The notes beneath the pieces are model-generated. The model was not told where the DNA came from. It searched no databases and saw only the letters and a program-made list of their open reading frames with translations. From positions 15,662 through 79,661 of IMG/VR virus record IMGVR_UViG_3300008267_000265: a stretch of DNA of 64,000 nucleotides; one strand, written 5' to 3'. A program made the position numbers and the translations under genes. The DNA comes from a virus. Position 1 is the first letter of the stretch. Every line of letters begins with the position of its first letter. Below are positions 58,430 to 64,000 of this stretch, one piece after another.

Positions 58430-58450
58430 AATACTATTTTAAATAAATAG

Positions 58451-59224
58451 TTAACGAGCGAAAATGTTGATCTCGGTACCTTCTTCTAGATATTTATTCA
58501 ACATTTCCTTATAAATGCCCTTCAATACTTTAATTACCTTTGTAATAGTTGGGGTAGGAGCATCAGTAATCTCTTTGATATATATAAATAATGCTTTTTT
58601 ATTGAATATATCAATATGCTCTTTACGTTTACATAAAGCTACTATCGCATCTCCGACTCTTGCATCCTGCGGTTTTGGAAAGATGTCTAGTAGCTTTTCA
58701 TCTATGTGATTTACAAAAATATCAAAGAACGGAATCGGTTCTGGATAGTCTTGTTGCTCCAGTACGATATTATTTACTATTCTCTTGTCTTCGTCCACTT
58801 CTTCTACAGCTGCTTTCCCTTTTAGTCTTTTATAGTTGTTGTTATTGTATACTATTAGATATCTTTTAGCGATGGTACCGAAATAGGAATAGGCTTTTCC
58901 TTTTGAATCATCGTATAGATGTAATTTTTCTAATAGGAATGCAATCACTTCATGTTTAAGCTCATCAATATTATCAACCTCTGTGTAATAGAATTTAAAG
59001 GTGTGAATAATATTCTCAGCTAGCTTGTAGAAGGCGTAGTAGATTTTATCGTTGAATATCTGATTACGCTTAGCTTGCGATGTTTCAATTCTATAGTCTA
59101 AGATTGCCTGCTGTGTGTCAGCTGTAAAGTAGTCTATAGATTTTTTAGGCCGTCTCTTTCTAACCTTACCGTCTTTTGTAAGTGTTACCTCTGATTCCTC
59201 TGCTTTGAATATATCATTTACCAT
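58451..59224 (-). CDS. Phage sigma-factor-like protein (candidate late sigma, gp55 analogue)
   Basis: YFT...Q.AI..Y, KLAENIIHTFKF, [YF]D.SKGKAYSYFGTIAKRYLI (region 2-like), FNKKAL..YI.E. Confidence 0.6.
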   Translation of the reverse strand: MVNDIFKAEESEVTLTKDGKVRKRRPKKSIDYFTADTQQAILDYRIETSQAKRNQIFNDKIYYAFYKLAENIIHTFKFYYTEVDNIDELKHEVIAFLLEKLHLYDDSKGKAYSYFGTIAKRYLIVYNNNNYKRLKGKAAVEEVDEDKRIVNNIVLEQQDYPEPIPFFDIFVNHIDEKLLDIFPKPQDARVGDAIVALCKRKEHIDIFNKKALFIYIKEITDAPTPTITKVIKVLKGIYKEMLNKYLEEGTEINIFAR

Positions 59225-59497
59225 TTAGCTTTTATTAAAGTGGTTTAAAGCTTCTTGTACAGCTTTTAGGTTATGAAATACGGTTTGTAGCTCTTTGTCA
59301 CTATCCATCCAGATCTTATCATCAAGACCTTTGAGTGCTTTATCAGATTCTCCAATAAGTCCTTGTAGACCAGCTATGAAAGTTGCTTGGTTGATAACTG
59401 TTGTTTCTAACTTTATGTTTTTTTGGTATAGGTTATAAATAACCCAACCGACTACGGTTACTATCCAAATGAATAGCATTGTTAATCCAAATACCAT
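59225..59497 (-). CDS. Small membrane-anchored protein
   Basis: N-terminal hydrophobic helix followed by coiled coil. Confidence 0.6.
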   Translation of the reverse strand: MVFGLTMLFIWIVTVVGWVIYNLYQKNIKLETTVINQATFIAGLQGLIGESDKALKGLDDKIWMDSDKELQTVFHNLKAVQEALNHFNKS

Positions 59498-59498
59498 A

Positions 59499-60226
59499 TT
59501 ATAATGTTTTAAGTGCGTTTAGTAAACTAGCGTTTCCTTTTCCAATAGCTTGTAGCTTTTTAGCTTCTGCTTGTTGTTTGAATTGTCCTGGCGTTACTGC
59601 TTTTGCTTCTTTCTTTGCAGGTACTCCAACTTTATCTAACCACTCTCTTTCCCACTCAATACGTGATGCCATCATATCAGCTTGGTGCAAGATAAGTGGT
59701 AAGCAGCTTCTCAATTTCGATTCGTTTTGTCCAGAAATCAAGTAAGCTTTATTACCATCATCGTAAAGTCCGTCGTGAATTTTGATAGCAATGTACTCAT
59801 TTACAGTAAGTTGGATGCTAGCAGCCTGAAGTATAAATAGTGAGTTATCTTGAACAGGAAGGAATGGTAGCTCTGCATTTGGCTTATAGTTAGCACCTTG
59901 ATTCTTTACGTGCCACTCAGAGTCATTTGGAATGTAGCGAGGTTTACCGTCTAATCCTAATTTACCTAAGTCGTGATTGAGGGCTGCGAATACTAATTCC
60001 TCTCTTGTGTAGGTGTCAGTGTTAGCACCGCTAAGCTTCCATAAGTTGTGCATATCAAGTGCACATTGTACGACTCTATTAACGTGATCAACGTAACCAC
60101 CTGCAAAGGAGTTGTGGAAAGATGCTTTAGATGAGGCTGGGGCAACTTTCTAGGCTCAGAGATGTGATGATCAATGATGCTATAGAAGTTCTGTAGGTTT
60201 GTTTGAATTTGTTCTGCTGTTAACAT
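59499..60226 (-). pseudogene. HD-domain phosphohydrolase with internal deletion and frameshift
   Basis: MLTAEQIQ...ISEPRK shifts frame at ~60146 to APASSKASFHNSFAGGYVDHV...HDLGK...IHDGLY...HQAD; may be an assembly artefact. Confidence 0.8.
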
Positions 60227-60245
60227 AATATGTGTTTTTAATTAC

Positions 60246-60275
60246 AACATACTATATTTTTAAACAAAAAGCAAC
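60246..60275 (-). promoter_or_regulatory. Putative Bacteroidota-type promoter
   Basis: GTTG-N20-TATGTT upstream of the HD gene. Confidence 0.55.
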
Positions 60276-60279
60276 TTTT

Positions 60280-60471
60280 TTACCAACTACCTTGTGCCTG
60301 CTCGTTTTCTGAGTTGATTAGAGTTTGAATTTCCTCTATCTTTTCTTTAATGTGAGTAAACCATTGATCTACTTCCTGGGCAGATGATCCTTGATAAACC
60401 TTATGCTGTAAGGTACTCAGTGTGTTAGTTAGATTGTCTAATTTGCTTGTAACTAGTGCTTTGTAACGCAT
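60280..60471 (-). CDS. Small hypothetical protein
   Basis: 63 aa, tightly packed between neighbouring genes. Confidence 0.6.
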   Translation of the reverse strand: MRYKALVTSKLDNLTNTLSTLQHKVYQGSSAQEVDQWFTHIKEKIEEIQTLINSENEQAQGSW

Positions 60472-60473
60472 GT

Positions 60474-60794
60474 TTAATTATTTAGTAATGTTTTTAATTG
60501 CTCAACCATTTCGTCGGTGGTTGCGCATGCTATTTTGGAAACTTGATAGCTTAATGGATAATATCCTAACTCAGCAGAGTTATCAGCTAAATGTAGATAC
60601 GTTTTAGTGTCGGGAGTAGTAACAATAACGATAGGGTATATGTAGGTATCTAGTAATAACTCTACTTCATCAGCGAGCTTTCCATTATCATTAGCATCTA
60701 TGGATGTATAGGTAATTCCTAAATCATCCAGCGCAGTTATAAAACTCCGGCAGTGAGGACAGCCACTTAGCCGCAAAACCTTTACTTTTTTCAT
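60474..60794 (-). CDS. Glutaredoxin/thioredoxin-like protein
   Basis: LSGCPHC active-site motif, YP cis-Pro motif. Confidence 0.8.
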   Translation of the reverse strand: MKKVKVLRLSGCPHCRSFITALDDLGITYTSIDANDNGKLADEVELLLDTYIYPIVIVTTPDTKTYLHLADNSAELGYYPLSYQVSKIACATTDEMVEQLKTLLNN

Positions 60795-60864
60795 TGCTTT
60801 TTTACTTTTTATTTCCTTTTTCCTTTTTTCTACTTTTTTATAAAATGTATTTAAGTATTAAAAG

Positions 60865-60894
60865 AAGTTACGGATTTTTTTTCACATTTCCAAC
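60865..60894 (-). promoter_or_regulatory. Putative Bacteroidota-type promoter
   Basis: GTTG-N20-TAACTT upstream of the glutaredoxin. Confidence 0.55.
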
Positions 60895-61325
60895 GGGTCA
60901 TTTAAAGGATCTGCTGATCGTACTTTCATTACGTACCCTACACCCATTTGCTCGCTTGGTTGCATCCATCCTATCACGTATTTATTGATACCATTTTGTG
61001 TATACCCGGCTTGCCTTAATCTTGAAGCCATCTTACTAAGATCCTCTAAAGTTTGTAACTCTCTTCCTAGTAAGTCGTCTTGAATTGAATTATCTTCAAA
61101 TAAGTTCGGTTCCTCCCATGACTTTCCGACTTGGTATTGTGTATTTTCAGGATGATCTATTTGAATCATACCCTTTCCTTCAATAGTACCACCATCACCA
61201 ACATTAAACCTGTTTGGCTGCATTTCACTATTTTGTTCTCTAGATCCTCTGTATAAGAAATTACTCATTCTGGTAGGCTCACTTGGCTGTACCTGTAAGT
61301 CTATTAAGTCGGATAGTTTTATCAT
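60882..61325 (-). CDS. Hypothetical protein
   Basis: MIKLSDLI leader 4 nt after a TATTTAT motif. Confidence 0.55.
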   Translation of the reverse strand: MIKLSDLIDLQVQPSEPTRMSNFLYRGSREQNSEMQPNRFNVGDGGTIEGKGMIQIDHPENTQYQVGKSWEEPNLFEDNSIQDDLLGRELQTLEDLSKMASRLRQAGYTQNGINKYVIGWMQPSEQMGVGYVMKVRSADPLNDPLEM

Positions 61326-61337
61326 GGTAATAAATAG

Positions 61338-62384
61338 TTAGGAATTAGAACCTCCTAAGGAGCTCTGGAAGTATAAACCAATTCTTGTATCAGGAATAAT
61401 ACCTTTTGATGCTTTATGGTTTCTACCACTACGATAAGTAGCTGCCAACACTATTGGATCAGCTGTAGGCAACTCGGGGTAGACGTATATTTTAGTAGCT
61501 ACTAACTTCATTTGGTTATCACCTAGATCTTCTAAATCCATATCACCGATACAATACATCTGAACTGCAGCATCGCTAAAAGATCTATTGGCAGTTCCGT
61601 ACATGGCAAGTAGTTGCTCAGGTTTTTCTGTGATAGGTTCTATGATACGCTTTTTAAGAGGTCCGTTAGCCTCTACCTCATCGTACACTTTATTAACAAA
61701 GGCTAAAACTTGCTTATCTTTACTTAAAGCACCTCTTACAACACCTGCAAGTTGCTGATGCTTAGGATCCTTATGCTGTACGTAGATGTTTTTACCATCG
61801 GTAGTTGTGAACTTAAAATCAGCTTTCTTATTACCTGATATACGTTCGAAGCCATTTACATTATTGAAGGTGTGGATATCATCGTCGGCACCAGGTACTA
61901 GTAATGTAATAGTTTTACCTTGTAGCTTAGCTTTTATAGTAGCTTCTTGCTTAGCTTCTATAGCATCACCAGCAATATTACCTTTACCTCTACCTCCAAA
62001 CTCAGTCGTCTTTGCAACAGCAGAGATTGGGTATTGTTTACTACCGGCAAATAGAGATAGCTTATCACCTGACTGAAGTTCAGGTAGATCTGCCTTAAGC
62101 CTAGCCATATCCTCTTTAGAATTGGTAAAGTACTCTTGCTCTGCTTCAACACCTTCTTTAGGTTTTTTCCAAAGGATTTCAACTTTATCAACGACAACCT
62201 TCTTATCACCCTTTGCAAGCGTCAATGGAGTTCCACCACCTTCTTTTGTAGCATCGAGTGCATCAACAAACTTATCTGTTCTATCTGTGTGAGATGCTCC
62301 TCTAAACGAGCGAACATTGAGAGAGGTAAACCCTTCCTCAGAAAGGATTTGACGAATTAGGTATTCTAACAACAAATGGTTCAT
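61338..62384 (-). CDS. Hypothetical protein with possible PD-(D/E)xK nuclease fold
   Basis: KT.EFGG, E..QE, KKADF......YVQHK motif; LIRQILSE leader. Confidence 0.5.
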   Translation of the reverse strand: MNHLLLEYLIRQILSEEGFTSLNVRSFRGASHTDRTDKFVDALDATKEGGGTPLTLAKGDKKVVVDKVEILWKKPKEGVEAEQEYFTNSKEDMARLKADLPELQSGDKLSLFAGSKQYPISAVAKTTEFGGRGKGNIAGDAIEAKQEATIKAKLQGKTITLLVPGADDDIHTFNNVNGFERISGNKKADFKFTTTDGKNIYVQHKDPKHQQLAGVVRGALSKDKQVLAFVNKVYDEVEANGPLKKRIIEPITEKPEQLLAMYGTANRSFSDAAVQMYCIGDMDLEDLGDNQMKLVATKIYVYPELPTADPIVLAATYRSGRNHKASKGIIPDTRIGLYFQSSLGGSNS

Positions 62385-62420
62385 AGTTTTATTACTATAA
62401 TAAATAGTACCTAAAACACG

Positions 62421-62448
62421 AACACCCCTCCGTTGCGGGAGAGGTGCT
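62421..62448 (-). terminator. Hairpin, probable terminator
   Basis: gcacctctcc-cgcaac-ggaggggtgt followed by tcgtgtttt. Confidence 0.5.
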
Positions 62449-62469
62449 TATATATTTACTATTGGATTT

Positions 62470-62901
62470 TTAATTACCAGTTCTACCAGCAAGTACAGAG
62501 GCAGCTTGGCTTAGATGATGTGTTAGTGCTTTTACATCGATGTTAGGTAGTTCATTCTCATCTTCATCACCACTGCTAACATAATTAAAATACTTAACTA
62601 ATCCGATTAAGAAGTCTTCAACTTCAGGAGCACTTAACATCGTCACAGAACTGAGCGCTGCACGTGTTTCAGGAGTCATTTGATTTGATGCTTCGGTGAT
62701 AGTATCGTCGCCCCACTCTGCTTGCATCTTATCTTTGATTAGGTCTAGGATCTTATGATCGCCCGCCATTACCATATCTTGAATCGCTTGCAGGATAGCC
62801 TGATGCTCATCAGTAACGCCTGCTTCAGCACCTAGAGGCATCTCGGATAAAATACCAGCTAATTGTTTAAGTCTTACTGCTTCGTTGATTTGTTGTTTCA
62901 T
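62470..62901 (-). CDS. Hypothetical protein with LAG-type leader
   Basis: Start MKQQINEAVRLKQLAGILSE 4 nt after a TATTTAT motif. Confidence 0.65.
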   Translation of the reverse strand: MKQQINEAVRLKQLAGILSEMPLGAEAGVTDEHQAILQAIQDMVMAGDHKILDLIKDKMQAEWGDDTITEASNQMTPETRAALSSVTMLSAPEVEDFLIGLVKYFNYVSSGDEDENELPNIDVKALTHHLSQAASVLAGRTGN

Positions 62902-62985
62902 GGTAATAAATAGCAATAGATTAAAATAAACAGAGTAGCTGCGCGTGACGACCTCCCCTATATATACTGCTACAACGTTTGGTAA

Positions 62986-63261
62986 TTAGAACGGCTCAAT
63001 ACAGATCACACATCTAATATTATCCTCAGCATGTTCAAAGAACCACTCATCGTAGTTATCCTTAACAAAGGTAAACAACCTTTGCTGCCCAGTTTTATAA
63101 TTCTTAATGTAAAAGGGCTCTTTCATATTCGGGAAAGCCTTTATGCAATACTCTTCATCCATCCACTCAAGATTCCATGCATCTTGCACAAATGTCCTTG
63201 TTTTTGGATTCCAATGAAAAGCTTTAAGGTCATAGACCGGAGTCTCTTTTGTATTACTCAT
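62986..63261 (-). CDS. Hypothetical protein
   Basis: 91 aa ORF, F.IKN.KTG..RLF motif. Confidence 0.6.
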   Translation of the reverse strand: MSNTKETPVYDLKAFHWNPKTRTFVQDAWNLEWMDEEYCIKAFPNMKEPFYIKNYKTGQQRLFTFVKDNYDEWFFEHAEDNIRCVICIEPF

Positions 63262-63282
63262 TTTAAACGGTTTTAAAAGGGT

Positions 63283-63605
63283 TTAATTATTTTGTGGTAG
63301 AATTGCTTGATACTTTTTTCCAAGCGATTCTATAACGGCTATTGCAGTATTAGAGTCGATATCATTCCGATCTTGCAGATGCCGGGCATGCCTTGATTGA
63401 CAAGCACGTAGACCCATTCTGGTTTCTTGAGGGCACCAGAAGGATCAACAATGGACGGACCGTAGTAGGTCACGTCTTCCCAATCCTCCATGCCAATTAC
63501 TTGGCAGGGTGTAAGCGTAAACGCTACTGCCTGCGATAGACTTGGTAGATCCTCTATATCGAGTTTTCTATACCGTTCTGCTTCTTCTTTTGTTATTCTT
63601 TTCAT
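63283..63605 (-). pseudogene. T5orf172/GIY-YIG-like protein with internal deletion and frameshift
   Basis: Start MKRITKEEA; WVYVLVN.GMPGICKIGM jumps at ~63362 to IDSNTAIAVIESLGKKYQ...* in another frame; the catalytic R..L..E..H..EFF core is absent. Confidence 0.65.
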
Positions 63606-63834
63606 TTGATCTTTTTTCAAACAGTGAACAAGTGTGCTTGGATGATGGGATTGATATAGGCCACTTGCCTGGTTGCTTACGGTTCCCACATCGCAATCCT
63701 TTTCCAAGCCCAATCAAGGATAGTAAGTGCTTGCACTGCGCACACGTTCCTTTAAGCTTACGCTTTTCTTCTTTCTTTTCAAGATAGACTCCGTAAAGAA
63801 ATGCAAGTACTACAACAGATATTATGGATAGCAT
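63568..63834 (-). CDS. Small membrane protein with Cys motif
   Basis: N-terminal TM helix, CAQCKH...C...C..F. Confidence 0.5.
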   Translation of the reverse strand: MLSIISVVVLAFLYGVYLEKKEEKRKLKGTCAQCKHLLSLIGLGKGLRCGNRKQPGKWPISIPSSKHTCSLFEKRSNEKNNKRRSRTV

Positions 63835-63850
63835 GGTATATATTTATCTG

Positions 63851-63880
63851 AATGTACAAAATTTTTTCTCACCGTGCAAC
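63851..63880 (-). promoter_or_regulatory. Putative Bacteroidota-type promoter
   Basis: GTTG-N20-TACATT upstream of 63834. Confidence 0.55.
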
Positions 63881-64000
63881 TTAGAATCGATTATTTTGTT
63901 TCAAAAAGTCTGAAAAGGATTTGTACCCGCCCCATATTTTCCATTCATTCTTGGCGTGATTCCTACGCTCACATACCTTCTTAGCCCACTTATAGACTAA

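Noticed and set aside
27973-63362. Programmed ribosomal frameshifts at the four frame-breaking sites
   Set aside because: Conserved segments are missing at each site, so a simple slip would not restore the proteins; no consistent slippery motif is present.
238-63787. All plus-strand ORFs in the track, and short nested minus-strand ORFs in alternative frames
   Set aside because: They lie almost wholly within well-supported minus-strand genes, have shadow-like composition and lack upstream motifs.
1-64000. Stop-codon reassignment (code 15 or 4), as seen in some large Bacteroidota phages
   Set aside because: Core genes are uninterrupted under code 11, and both TAG and TGA end genes at sensible positions; the breaks are deletions, not in-frame stops.
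1-64000. tRNA/rRNA genes, integrase, transposase, tail sheath/tube/tape measure
   Set aside because: None recognisable. Intergenic gaps are short and show no cloverleaf; sheath, tube and tape-measure genes presumably lie outside the window.

Overview
This window is part of a large, AT-rich tailed dsDNA phage genome with a T4-like (myovirus-type) morphogenesis region. Essentially every credible gene is on the minus strand. In transcription order (right to left) it holds: small accessory genes, glutaredoxin, an HD hydrolase and a phage sigma-factor-like gene; baseplate genes (gp5-like, gp25, gp6, large wedge protein); a cassette of adhesin/fibre genes plus two putative glycosyltransferases; endonuclease, primase and YqaJ exonuclease; many small putative head-internal proteins; terminase, portal, prohead protease and scaffold+major capsid; then PhoH, neck proteins gp13/14/15-like and long tail fibres. 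Two promoter-like motifs recur: coding-strand TATTTAT (21 sites, putative late) and GTTG-N20-TAnnTT (5 sites, Bacteroidota-like). The latter, with A-rich SD-less leaders, suggests a Bacteroidota host. Best candidates for undescribed systems: (1) a virion O-glycosylation system, with a plant HPAT/SERGT-like transferase and a [ST][GA]S motif saturating outward-facing virion proteins but largely absent from others; (2) a capsid-cargo addressing system, where an N-terminal 'INExxRxQxLAGI' leader mimics the scaffold C-terminus; (3) a baseplate gene split around the adhesin/glycosyltransferase cassette. Eight conserved genes show abrupt internal deletions, including one joining scaffold to capsid. 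These are most likely assembly/scaffold-gap artefacts and need read-level checking. All family assignments come from motif recognition by eye; no database search was run.
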